Notes: a model not told the origin generated them from the sequence alone. Shown: positions 26,271 to 36,423, counted from the first letter of the stretch. The stretch is 64,000 nucleotides of DNA from Nanobdellota archaeon (GCA_020430505.1 JAGQJT010000001.1:7629-71628); one strand, 5' to 3'. Numbers and translations are program-made.

Positions 26271-27035
26271 ATGGGATTCGACAAAATTATTCTCAAAATT
26301 CTTAATTTAATAAGAAAAAAAAATTATCAAAATCTTGAAACTTCTAAAAAAATTTCAAAAGAAAATGCAATCAAAAGAAAAATATCAAAAAGAACTCCCT
26401 CTTCAAAAAAGACTTATTTGATACTATCTGGATGGTATGAAAATAAAAATCCTTCAATATTATTTAGAAAGAGAATATTAAAAAGTGGAGATTCATATAT
26501 ATTTTATGAATTATCAAAAAAGATTCTTTCTTCAAGAACTGAACAAGTCAAGGAATACATGGCAGAGATAAGAAAAGAAGTAATAAGAGATTTAAAAAAG
26601 ATAAAAAATGAAAAAATTTTGATCGGGACAAGCCTTGGAGGAATACCTACTCTTATGATCGCCAAAAAAGAAATAGTAGATTATTTGATTCTTCTAATGC
26701 CTTCTGATAGTTTAGCAAAAGGGGTATGGAAGAGCATTAGAACAAGAAAGATAAGAAAAGATTTGATAAAGCAAAAAATAAGTCTTAAAAAACTAGAAAA
26801 AATTTGGAAAGAGCTAGAGCCAAAGAATAATCTTAAAAATTTAGAAAATACAAAAATAATAATATTTAATTCAAAATCCGATTTAGTAATTCCCTACAAA
26901 AGAAGCCAGAACTTAATAAAAGAAATGAAAAAAAGAAACTTAAAAATCTTGGTTTTTACGAATAAAGAATTAGGTCATTATTTAACTGCAATAAAAATCT
27001 ATATGTCAAAAAAAATTTTCAAATTGGTAAATTGA
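26271..27035 (+). CDS. alpha/beta hydrolase fold protein
   Basis: 254 aa. GTSLGG nucleophile elbow, SKSDLVIP, ELGHY (Ser-Asp-His order). Confidence 0.55.
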   Translation: MGFDKIILKILNLIRKKNYQNLETSKKISKENAIKRKISKRTPSSKKTYLILSGWYENKNPSILFRKRILKSGDSYIFYELSKKILSSRTEQVKEYMAEIRKEVIRDLKKIKNEKILIGTSLGGIPTLMIAKKEIVDYLILLMPSDSLAKGVWKSIRTRKIRKDLIKQKISLKKLEKIWKELEPKNNLKNLENTKIIIFNSKSDLVIPYKRSQNLIKEMKKRNLKILVFTNKELGHYLTAIKIYMSKKIFKLVN

Positions 27036-27047
27036 GATTTCTAAAAC

Positions 27048-27055
27048 TTTTTATA
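27048..27055 (+). promoter_or_regulatory. TATA-like box (TTTTTATA) 26 nt upstream of tRNA-Leu
   Basis: Position and sequence. Confidence 0.4.
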
Positions 27056-27080
27056 CCATTAATCTCTAATTTTCTAATAA

Positions 27081-27163
27081 GCGGGGATGCCGGAGTGGTC
27101 AAACGGGACAGGTTTAGGACCTGTTAGCTTATGCTTACCAAGGTTCAAATCCTTGTCCCCGCA
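27081..27163 (+). tRNA. tRNA-Leu (anticodon UAG), long variable arm
   Basis: Acceptor GCGGGGA/TCCCCGC, anticodon stem ACAGG/CCTGT, loop TTTAGGA, 14-nt variable arm, T arm CAAGG-TTCAAAT-CCTTG. Confidence 0.88.
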
Positions 27164-27233
27164 TATATTCTGTAACTATTATCTAAAAGTAACAAAACAA
27201 AAGGTTTATAAAATAAAGAAATTCTAGAATATT

Positions 27234-28241
27234 ATGAGAAAATCACTTAAAAACAAATTAATAGACACTGCAAAAAAAGTTGGAAAAACCTTGTTAGTAG
27301 GGGGAATAGCAACAGCACCATTTACTCCTGCATTCTCCCAAGAGAGGCAAGCTTTAGAAAATACCCAATTTTACCAAGGAGAAGGATCAATCTCAAGTTC
27401 AGATTACCCTTATTACGAACCAACAAAAGAATTGAATGGAGTGGAGTATATTTTAAATGAATGGGGAGGAGAGAGATATATCACTCCAGAAAGAGAAATA
27501 AATACTGCTTTAAGTGAAGGTAGTAAAGAAGCACAATGGAAAGAAAAATATGTTTTAAGAAAAGTTGGAAAAAACCAAGATAGCATTCAAATTGAAAATG
27601 ATAATACTAGAAGAAATTATACTACTAAGAAAATTGAAAATGCGATGCATTCAAAGAGACACAAGAAAAATAGAAATTCTAAAGAAGAAATCCTTCCAGA
27701 AGGAGTTAAAACTGAAAAGGATTTTCCTTTTGGAAACTACAAAACAAATATTTTATGGGGGGATCAAGAATATTTAGTTTTAGGAATTCAAAATGACAAT
27801 AATTCAAAAACTTTAGAGTTATATTTTATCAAGAGAGATGGAATTTCTTGGACAATTGATCAAAGTACTGGAAATATTTGGGTAAAAAATACAAAATATG
27901 GAATTGAGAGACCTTTCTTAGTAGAGGGAGAAAATAAAACAAATTCAATTTATTCTCCTCAAAAAGGAAATTTAAATTCATTAGACATGTATGATTTTCT
28001 AAATAGAAAACCTTTCGGAACTTCAAATGGAAATAATTCTTCTACAAAATCAGTTAACAGAACAAAAGAAAAAACATACGACGCAAGAAAAGGAGATAAT
28101 CTAATTGGAATTGCAAAATCTTATGGAGTAAATCCAAAATCAAAAGAATTCAAAGATTTTTTAGATTTAAATGAAATTACAAATCCTAACGAGATAATTG
28201 CTGGAAAAACCTACAAGATTCCTCCTTCTTGGAAAAAATAA
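27234..28241 (+). CDS. exported protein with C-terminal LysM domain
   Basis: 335 aa. N-terminal hydrophobic signal-like segment. C-terminal YDARKGDNLIGIAKSYGV...LNEITNPNEIIAGKTYKIP matches the LysM consensus. Confidence 0.75.
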   Translation: MRKSLKNKLIDTAKKVGKTLLVGGIATAPFTPAFSQERQALENTQFYQGEGSISSSDYPYYEPTKELNGVEYILNEWGGERYITPEREINTALSEGSKEAQWKEKYVLRKVGKNQDSIQIENDNTRRNYTTKKIENAMHSKRHKKNRNSKEEILPEGVKTEKDFPFGNYKTNILWGDQEYLVLGIQNDNNSKTLELYFIKRDGISWTIDQSTGNIWVKNTKYGIERPFLVEGENKTNSIYSPQKGNLNSLDMYDFLNRKPFGTSNGNNSSTKSVNRTKEKTYDARKGDNLIGIAKSYGVNPKSKEFKDFLDLNEITNPNEIIAGKTYKIPPSWKK

Positions 28242-28245
28242 TTAA

Positions 28246-31200
28246 TCATCCTTTACTAGCTCTATTTGGCTTATTCTGTTCAAACCATTGATAAACTGCA
28301 TCTTGAGTTTCTTGATTAATTCCCTGTCTTGAAAAAAATTCATTAAGAGTAATGACTTCATAACCAAGATCCACATAGTGATAAACATCTTGAAAATCAA
28401 TCTTCAAATCATTTGGATTTACATAAAAACTAGAGGAATCTCCAAAACCTTGCTGAAAAGATTCTGAAGAAGTAGGAAGAGTCCCATCTTGCCATTTCCA
28501 ACCAGCTAATTCATAAAACTGCATTAGCTTATCATATTCCTCTTGAGTATAAACATTAACAGCCACATTATCCATAGCAGTTAAAGTAAAACTAACATCT
28601 GGAATTGTACTTCCAGAACCACTTACAGCACCCTTAGAAATTAAATAATCAATTACTTCTTGATTTTCTTCTTCAATTGCATAATCCAATGCAGTTTTGC
28701 CTTCATTATCTACGGCATTTACATTCGCACCACTTTCTACAAGGTATTTAACAATCTCGAAATAGTCCAAATAAACAGCTGTAATTAAAGAATTCCTTCC
28801 CTTATAATCATCCTCTCTCTTTGCTTCAATATCTGCACCATTCTCCACCAAAATTTTTACAGTATTCAAAGAATTTTGATCAACAGCCCAAAGTAAAGGA
28901 GTAAAACCATTCTTATTGGTGGTCTCTATATTAGCACCTTTTTCAAGAAGGTATTCAACAATTTCCCAATTATCATATAAGCTAGCCAAATGTAAGGGTT
29001 TTAGCCCCCCTCCATCACCAGAGCATTCTGAATCCACTGAAACTCCTTGCATAACCAAAGACTTAACTAAATTTAGGTTTCCTTCTATGGAAGCATCACA
29101 TAATTGATCAACCTTTGAACCAGAATTTCCTCCAATCCCATTCGCTTTGTTTTCTTCCAACATTTGTTTAACATCAGTAGGAATATCGTTCTCCCTATTA
29201 AACCATCCAAAAAAAGCCCCTTCCCCTTTAACATCAGAACATTGATCCTCTGTCAACAAATCTTGATTACAAATTTCGTCTATAAAATCTGTGTTGACTG
29301 CAGAATCAGAGTAAGTCCCTTGCAATTGACCTGCTCTCTTTATTGCAGAATCATAATTCCACACTGTAACTAAAGGTTGATACTCATGCCCTTCTTCAAG
29401 ATAAGAAATAAGTTCTGGAACAATATCCTCTCCATTACGTCCTTTTGACTTAAGTTCATTATACTTTGATACTTCAAGAAGGCCATCTGTTCTCAATTTC
29501 TCAAGCCCAAAATTTAAATCCCCTGATTTCGCTCTTTCTAAATCAAAATAATTTCCTTCTCCAATTAGTTCTGCTTTCAAGATTGCCGAAGGCACACCCC
29601 ATTTACCTGCATTAACTTCATTATATCTTACAATCAACATTTCCTTAACATCATCAAAATTATTTGCTCCATTTGCCAATTTTTCAAAAAAGTTTGAACC
29701 TCCTTTAACATCTATACACTGTGCTTCCGTCAAAATATATTCACTAGAACTCACAACAGAAGACCTGCAAATTTCATCAATAATCTCTTTATTTTGAGGT
29801 CTATCCTCGTCAGTATATTTCCCACTTAAAGGTCTGATCTGTTCTATTGCAGTTTCAATAGTCAAATCCTTAAAATAGTTCTCTCCTTCATAAACATTAG
29901 GAAGGCCTTCTAGATTTAAAGAAAATAAATATTTTGCACCCTTCACAAAGTCAAAATTATCATCTTTAATTTTCTTGATTGCCGCCTTCTCCCTTGCAGT
30001 AAACTTTGGATTATTATCTAAGGTATCTTCATTTCTTAAAGAAGAGTAATATTTATCTCCAGACCTTTTAAATACCCATTCATCCTCGACAAATTCAAAA
30101 GAGACTTTTTTATAATTGCTAAATCCACCTACCTCAAAAACTTTTTTATCATCCATTCTCGTACTCTGAGAATCTAGATTATTTCCCAATTCTACAGCTT
30201 TATTTATCAAAAGAGATAAACCCTCATCATAATTTTTGTCTTGTAATTCAAGAATTATTTTTGAATATTTGTCTCTAGGAGTTTTTCTTCCATAACTATC
30301 TTCAAAAGTTTTCGTATCCACCCATTCAACAGTAATATACTCATTAACCAATCCAGAACCAGAAACATCTAAATCAAGAGTTGTGCCAACAACATCACAA
30401 TTCATTGACCAATGCCATTCATTATTAAAAAATTTGAAACACATGTTCCTCATTTGAATCTTTGAAGAGGTACTAGGATCAACAACATTGTCCAAAGCCT
30501 CATTCAAATCTTCTGTTTCTTGAGCGACTTGTTCTTCCCCATTAATATCTACGCCATCTCCTATAGGCTCCCAATACATATAAACTGGGTGAGAATTGTC
30601 TCCAAGATTAAGAGTAAATTTTCCAAAGATCCTATTTCCTTTTTCATCATGCTGGTTCCAATCAAAGACTTCTGCAACATAATTTTCTTCGTCAATCCAT
30701 TTAAGAAAGATTATATTATGAGGAGTCTTATAATCTAAAGCAATAGATAGGATATCTCCTTCTTTTAATGCTCCCAACTTTTCAGAAGCAGAAAGATCCA
30801 AAGTAGATTTTTGCTTATTTAAAGTACAACTCTTCATAGGTTGATCATTGGCTTGAAAGATAATTGCACCATAAGCATTTTCAGTTTCACTTATTTTGAT
30901 AATATTTCCTGAAAGAGAATAAGATTTTCCTTTACCATCAGAATAAACACAATTTTTGTCCACATTTGCATATTGATAAATTGCTAAAACAGAATCATGA
31001 CAAGTAATCACACCACTATTATCACAATCCCCAATCTCAGCCTTATCGACAATTCTTCCATTAAAATATTCTACAGCAGCCAAAACTCTCTCACGAGGAT
31101 TAGAATTACCCAAAATTTCTTTTTTCTTTTCCTCTTTTTCCTTAGCAGCCGCAGCTTCTCTCTCTGCCTTTTGTTGCGCTAAAACTTTCTGGTATTCATT

Positions 31201-34200
31201 AAAAGATCCCTTAGTCAAGTCTCTATAAGCATTTCCTCGGAGATAATATAAATAAGCCTTTTGTGAGTTAAAAAACATCTTTCCAACAATTGAATCAATA
31301 AAATTTATTCTCTTGATAGGGTTAGATTCTAGTTTCAATGTTTCAACAGCTTCTTTAAATTGCCCCTCTCCAAAGTAATCAGTATTGTTAGGATTATTTT
31401 CTAAATTATCTTGGAAGTATTTTTCTAATTCACTTAAAGTTTGACCTTCTGTGTAGTTAAAAACAACTGCATCACCCACACTACTTTTATCTAACCAACA
31501 TCTTATTTCAGTGTCACCACAATATCCCACATCCACCCACCTTTCAGGATTGGAACCAGAACCAGGATTATTTGAAGCGCAAATTCTTTGAATCCCTTGG
31601 TTGTAAATCTTTGGATCAATCAAATCACTCGCAGTTTCTTCAAGATTCGGATTCAATAGATTGTAGAAACTAGCTGTTCCAGAAATACAAGCCTTTTGTG
31701 TCTTTATGTCCGTTTGAGTTGCTTGTTGCTTTACATATTGATCTTGAACATAATCTATAGCAAAACTTGTTGAGACTTCTTGGAAACCACATTCCTCTTG
31801 ATCATTTACTCTTATACACAACTCTTTAAATCCTGAAGGTGCAGTAAAATCAACTGTTTGAGTTTCATAATCTCCTTTAGGGATATAACCCGAATCAACA
31901 TTTCTTACATTACCGAAAAGAACCCCATCTTGATAATAAGAAGACTGTGAGCTTTCTCTTAAATAAACTTTATAATATGCCCCCCTATCATTTCCAGCAT
32001 AAATATGGTAAAAAACCTTGTAATGAGAACTTGGAGGATTAGTAACAGTACTATAGGGAATTTCTTCAAATTTGCCTGTGAATTGAGGAGGTGAATCTGG
32101 CTCTGTTAGAGAATCTAGAATACTAACTCCTCCAGGATAAGTTGCGGAAATAAAAGTTTTACAAGCCGCAGTTCCAACCTCTTCAGAGCTTCTTGCTTTA
32201 AATGCCTTGTATGAATCAGCTGCATAATACTGTGTAAAATAAGAGACAGAGTCTTGTGCATTTTGCCAAGCAGATTGAACCCCCAAATATTCTCCTCCAC
32301 CATGAGAATTTTGACCTAGTACAGTGCTTAAAATTTTTGGGACCGCCAAATTTGCTAAAGGCAATGCTTGTCTCCAAAAAAACTCGCACATATATACACT
32401 ATGAATCTCATCACATATTCCAACAGTTTCCCCAGTTTCCAGATTAGTTTGCAAACAATCTCTGTAAGAATCCATAACAGAAACCCACCCATCTAAACCT
32501 GCTTTAACCCCACTTAAACAAACAGGGACATAAATCCCTTCTTTAGCGTTTGGCAAACATAAAGCAACACTTCCAACGATTCCCGTTTGTATAACATCTT
32601 TGACGGGATAAGCTCCTCCAAAATCACATCTACTTGAAGGACAAATTACAGGATCACAAACATTAAATAAAACTTTACAATCTGAAGGAGACATAAAGTC
32701 AGTACACTCTACAGAGGGCACATTTGTAGCAGGACTTCCAACTCCAACAATCCCTCCATCTGGAAGAGTAATTCTTTTAACCCCAGACTTATACTGTCTT
32801 GATGCAGCTTCTATAGCACTAACTGCTTTGTTAACCAATCTAGAAGATTCAGATTCAGTCAACCCAGGAAATTGATTATAAGGCTGCCCAGTTCCCAAGT
32901 TCACTAATTCACAGACATCATCTTTTTGATTTGAATTAAATTCTTCATAGCCATTTGGACCAACATTACAAAGCCAGAAACTATTGATTCTTCCTGAAAC
33001 ATCATAACTATTTATTCCTCCCAAAACTGCAACTTTCTGCTGCACATAAGCATACCATCCATTATCTTTATCAAAAGGCACAACTGCAGGCAATCCTTGG
33101 TAAGGCTCTTCTTCATAATATCTCACAATAACATCTTTTTCTCCTGGAGAAGGATTAAACTTATTGTTATAACTAGTGGAATCTAAAACTCTGAAATCAA
33201 TCTTAAGTAATTTATCTAACCTCGTTTTATCGGTAACCCTAGTTCCAGTAAAGTCATAAATCAAGTAAGAAGAAGTGCCATCATTTTCTATATGTTGTTT
33301 AATTGGATAAACGCCTGTTTTTATAGAATCATCCAAAATGAACAAGAAAAATCCATCACTTGTTTGAATTCCTTGAACCGGAGTCGATAAAGGAAGATTA
33401 TATTCATTATCAATAACCGAACTCCATTTATCAAGAGTATTTCCCTTATAATATTCTTGAATTCTTCCTTCTTCTGTTGTTACATAAGAAAAATCAGAAG
33501 CAGAGATTCCTGTTCCTTGAAGAGCATCATTTATTTGAAGGAAACTATCGGAATTTTCTTTCAATCTAGAAGACAAATCATAAAGTTTTTTCAGATATTT
33601 TTCATCTCCGGTTTGCTGATATAATCTATAGTAAAGGTCAAAATTTTTCAAATCTTCCAAATTGTAATACCCCTTGTTAAAAGAGTCTTCTCCAGAAAAA
33701 ATTGTTGACATATCGGAAGTCAGAACATACTGGCTAGAATCATCCGGATTTTGAATTGAACCAATATTAACATTGGAAATAACTGACTGGGCATATTCGC
33801 CCACAAAACTTTCTGTGTCAACAACATTATCTCCAAATATTTTTAGTTGATTCGGAATAAGATGTTTATCTTGAATATTTTTTATGTTCTCATTTTGAGA
33901 TTTTATCGTCTGGTAAACAGAATTCACTTCCTTGTTTATTGTGTCTGCGTTCTGGAAATAACAATTTTCTTGTGAAGCATAATTACCTGCAGAAACCTCA
34001 CCAGCACAATGTTCTGTCCATCCTCCACTACTCCTCATAACCATTTGTCTTGCAATTGATTTCCCATCAGCATTTTGGATAAAATTCTTTACAGTTAATG
34101 CTGCGCCAACTCCTAAACAAGCCGCTTTCATATCCTTAACAACAACACCTAAATTATCTGAAAACTTCTTCCAATCTTCAACTTGCTTATTTAATTTCTC

Positions 34201-36423
34201 AACAAGACTTTCTACCTTTTCAGGAGCTAATTGAATTGCTCTCTTTTCAATACCAATGTTAAAATTAAAATCAGAATAAGACCTTTGATATTTTTGTTCA
34301 GGGATAATTGAAATTTTTGCTTGTTTTTTAAGATTTATTTTGGTTACTTTTATCACGACATTATCTCCTAGAGTCTTAGGATCATTTAAATTAAAATTTC
34401 TTTCTATGCTTACAAACCTATTGTAAAAGGAATCGTTAGCTACATAGACCTTTAAAGTTGCAGAATCAATATCCAAACCAGTAAGTTCTATGTATTCCCC
34501 AGAAGAGATGTTAATTGTTCGCCTTTCATCTTTGTCCAAATTAAATGAGGTTGTAGTTCCATCAGAAAATTTAACCAATACAGAAACCCCATAATCTTCA
34601 AAAGAAGGTTCATCAATCTTAACAAGAGAAATACTATGCAACTCCCCGTCTATCAAAACATCATATTTTGAATTTGAAGAGCTATAGAAAGAAACATCTT
34701 TTTCACATCCAACCGAATCCACTAATTCGGGATATAATTCTTTAAACTCGCTACAAATTTCAAGAACCTCAAAAGATTGACCAAGGAATTTAGCCAAATC
34801 AATTTTTTCCTTAAAAGATTCAAGAGACAATTCCTGACTTTCATAAGTTTCGTCAGGATAGTCTTCAATAACTCTTTCATAGCTTTGCTTGGATTCTCCA
34901 TAATATTCCGAAGTATTTATATTCAAATCCAAAGTGTCCCCAATTCCAAGTCCATTAAGAATTATAATGTGATCTTTAATTTCATTTAAAGAGCTACTTT
35001 CTCCGACGACGATCTTGATTACATCATCGCCAGTTCTTATTCCTTCTTCAATATCTAAAATATCCCCCTTAAGAGTTCCAAAATCTTCTTCAAAACTTTC
35101 AACAAGAGTCAATCCCTTATCAGTAGCCCTATCTTTGTAATTGGCCATTTTTTCAAGATAATCATATTGGGATTCACTAATGACCTCTCCAACTTTCTCA
35201 GGAGTTAAGTAAATATACGCCTGAAGATCCTTGGGATTATTTGAAGAACCAGAAAACTTTGCATACCCTAAGTACATGTGCTTTCCCTCATCTTCAGAAT
35301 ACCCAAGATAATCTCCTACATGATAGTTCTCTTGTTGATCATCAATAGTTAAATTTACTTGAGGAGAAATGAATAGAGTTTTCATGGCATCTGATTCCCA
35401 AAAAGTAGAGTCATCCTCCTTGCAATAAACTTCAACTCTTTGATTTATTCCATCTTTTCCGATACTATTCTTAACAATATGGCATCTATTATCTAAAAAT
35501 TTATCTCCCTCTTGAAGAGTGTAATATTCTGAATCAACTTTCAAAACAGCTCTTGTGTCGGGATTAACAAGCTCATCCAATTTTATTTGCAAACCCGCAA
35601 AACAATAAAGCCCAGGCAAGTAAACAACACTTGAAGAAGCTCCCTCCGCCAATCTGAAGGAACCATATTTTCTTTTCTCATCAGTACGTCCTTCAAAAGA
35701 ACCTCTATAAACATCTGAATAAACAACTATTGTTGCAGAATTACTATCTACTCCTTCAACAGCCAAATAGCCTCTTCCATCCCAAAAACTATATTGATTC
35801 TTAATCTTGTCCCACTCAGAATAAGACATTTCTGGAATGAAAAAAGTATTCTCTCCAATTCCAAAAGAATTTTGGATATCATACCTTATTGTAGCATTAA
35901 TAGTTCCCTTAACAAAATCTGGCATTGAACTTTCATTTTGATTTTGTCTTAACATTACAACAGCATAACCAATATTTTCATAAGTAGGATTTTCAACTTT
36001 ATCTGAACTTCCATAAAATCCAAGAAATTGTGAAGATAAAGCTGCTTTGTTTGGGATAAATCCGATTGTACGGACTTCTCTAGGATAATTTCCTCCAAAA
36101 GTTATTGAATCTATTTGAGAAACATCAATAAAAGGATTAATTTTAGTGGCTCTTATAGGACAAAAAACAGGAACATCCTGTTCTTCTAACAAATCACTTC
36201 TAACTGGAACAGGAGAGCATCCTGTAGCATCTATTTGAAGAAGAAAATCCTGACTTTGTTCACACATACTTGTATCCCACTCCAAGCTAGGAGAACCAAA
36301 AGAGCTATATGTTCCCCCATAGTAATATTTAGGGTTTGAAGCAGAATAACTTGCAGCTAGGGAGACCAATGAAAAGAAAACTCCCAACAAAATCAAAAAT
36401 AGAATCAAATTATTTTTTTTCAT
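28246..36423 (-). CDS. giant secreted surface protein (2,725 aa) with Cys-rich core and C-terminal ankyrin repeats
   Basis: One uninterrupted 8.2-kb ORF. Sec-type signal MKKNNLILFLILLGVFFSLVSLAAS. Ankyrin repeats at 28627-29112. Most of the length is unassignable by eye. Confidence 0.9.
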   Translation of the reverse strand: MKKNNLILFLILLGVFFSLVSLAASYSASNPKYYYGGTYSSFGSPSLEWDTSMCEQSQDFLLQIDATGCSPVPVRSDLLEEQDVPVFCPIRATKINPFIDVSQIDSITFGGNYPREVRTIGFIPNKAALSSQFLGFYGSSDKVENPTYENIGYAVVMLRQNQNESSMPDFVKGTINATIRYDIQNSFGIGENTFFIPEMSYSEWDKIKNQYSFWDGRGYLAVEGVDSNSATIVVYSDVYRGSFEGRTDEKRKYGSFRLAEGASSSVVYLPGLYCFAGLQIKLDELVNPDTRAVLKVDSEYYTLQEGDKFLDNRCHIVKNSIGKDGINQRVEVYCKEDDSTFWESDAMKTLFISPQVNLTIDDQQENYHVGDYLGYSEDEGKHMYLGYAKFSGSSNNPKDLQAYIYLTPEKVGEVISESQYDYLEKMANYKDRATDKGLTLVESFEEDFGTLKGDILDIEEGIRTGDDVIKIVVGESSSLNEIKDHIIILNGLGIGDTLDLNINTSEYYGESKQSYERVIEDYPDETYESQELSLESFKEKIDLAKFLGQSFEVLEICSEFKELYPELVDSVGCEKDVSFYSSSNSKYDVLIDGELHSISLVKIDEPSFEDYGVSVLVKFSDGTTTSFNLDKDERRTINISSGEYIELTGLDIDSATLKVYVANDSFYNRFVSIERNFNLNDPKTLGDNVVIKVTKINLKKQAKISIIPEQKYQRSYSDFNFNIGIEKRAIQLAPEKVESLVEKLNKQVEDWKKFSDNLGVVVKDMKAACLGVGAALTVKNFIQNADGKSIARQMVMRSSGGWTEHCAGEVSAGNYASQENCYFQNADTINKEVNSVYQTIKSQNENIKNIQDKHLIPNQLKIFGDNVVDTESFVGEYAQSVISNVNIGSIQNPDDSSQYVLTSDMSTIFSGEDSFNKGYYNLEDLKNFDLYYRLYQQTGDEKYLKKLYDLSSRLKENSDSFLQINDALQGTGISASDFSYVTTEEGRIQEYYKGNTLDKWSSVIDNEYNLPLSTPVQGIQTSDGFFLFILDDSIKTGVYPIKQHIENDGTSSYLIYDFTGTRVTDKTRLDKLLKIDFRVLDSTSYNNKFNPSPGEKDVIVRYYEEEPYQGLPAVVPFDKDNGWYAYVQQKVAVLGGINSYDVSGRINSFWLCNVGPNGYEEFNSNQKDDVCELVNLGTGQPYNQFPGLTESESSRLVNKAVSAIEAASRQYKSGVKRITLPDGGIVGVGSPATNVPSVECTDFMSPSDCKVLFNVCDPVICPSSRCDFGGAYPVKDVIQTGIVGSVALCLPNAKEGIYVPVCLSGVKAGLDGWVSVMDSYRDCLQTNLETGETVGICDEIHSVYMCEFFWRQALPLANLAVPKILSTVLGQNSHGGGEYLGVQSAWQNAQDSVSYFTQYYAADSYKAFKARSSEEVGTAACKTFISATYPGGVSILDSLTEPDSPPQFTGKFEEIPYSTVTNPPSSHYKVFYHIYAGNDRGAYYKVYLRESSQSSYYQDGVLFGNVRNVDSGYIPKGDYETQTVDFTAPSGFKELCIRVNDQEECGFQEVSTSFAIDYVQDQYVKQQATQTDIKTQKACISGTASFYNLLNPNLEETASDLIDPKIYNQGIQRICASNNPGSGSNPERWVDVGYCGDTEIRCWLDKSSVGDAVVFNYTEGQTLSELEKYFQDNLENNPNNTDYFGEGQFKEAVETLKLESNPIKRINFIDSIVGKMFFNSQKAYLYYLRGNAYRDLTKGSFNEYQKVLAQQKAEREAAAAKEKEEKKKEILGNSNPRERVLAAVEYFNGRIVDKAEIGDCDNSGVITCHDSVLAIYQYANVDKNCVYSDGKGKSYSLSGNIIKISETENAYGAIIFQANDQPMKSCTLNKQKSTLDLSASEKLGALKEGDILSIALDYKTPHNIIFLKWIDEENYVAEVFDWNQHDEKGNRIFGKFTLNLGDNSHPVYMYWEPIGDGVDINGEEQVAQETEDLNEALDNVVDPSTSSKIQMRNMCFKFFNNEWHWSMNCDVVGTTLDLDVSGSGLVNEYITVEWVDTKTFEDSYGRKTPRDKYSKIILELQDKNYDEGLSLLINKAVELGNNLDSQSTRMDDKKVFEVGGFSNYKKVSFEFVEDEWVFKRSGDKYYSSLRNEDTLDNNPKFTAREKAAIKKIKDDNFDFVKGAKYLFSLNLEGLPNVYEGENYFKDLTIETAIEQIRPLSGKYTDEDRPQNKEIIDEICRSSVVSSSEYILTEAQCIDVKGGSNFFEKLANGANNFDDVKEMLIVRYNEVNAGKWGVPSAILKAELIGEGNYFDLERAKSGDLNFGLEKLRTDGLLEVSKYNELKSKGRNGEDIVPELISYLEEGHEYQPLVTVWNYDSAIKRAGQLQGTYSDSAVNTDFIDEICNQDLLTEDQCSDVKGEGAFFGWFNRENDIPTDVKQMLEENKANGIGGNSGSKVDQLCDASIEGNLNLVKSLVMQGVSVDSECSGDGGGLKPLHLASLYDNWEIVEYLLEKGANIETTNKNGFTPLLWAVDQNSLNTVKILVENGADIEAKREDDYKGRNSLITAVYLDYFEIVKYLVESGANVNAVDNEGKTALDYAIEEENQEVIDYLISKGAVSGSGSTIPDVSFTLTAMDNVAVNVYTQEEYDKLMQFYELAGWKWQDGTLPTSSESFQQGFGDSSSFYVNPNDLKIDFQDVYHYVDLGYEVITLNEFFSRQGINQETQDAVYQWFEQNKPNRASKG
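28627..29112 (-). other. ankyrin-repeat region (about 4 repeats) of the giant protein
   Basis: GLKPLHLASLYDNWEIVEYLLEKGANIETTNKNGFTPLLWAV...VKILVENGADIEAK...VKYLVESGANVNAVDNEGKTALDYA. Confidence 0.85.

Noticed and set aside
29164-32447. Several 60-72-aa plus-strand ORFs inside the giant gene
   Set aside because: All are antisense to one uninterrupted 8.2-kb reading frame and are short with no features.
28246-36423. Diversity-generating retroelement targeting the giant protein
   Set aside because: There is no reverse transcriptase ORF anywhere in the window, and I found no template/variable repeat pair by eye. This cannot be excluded without a nucleotide self-alignment.
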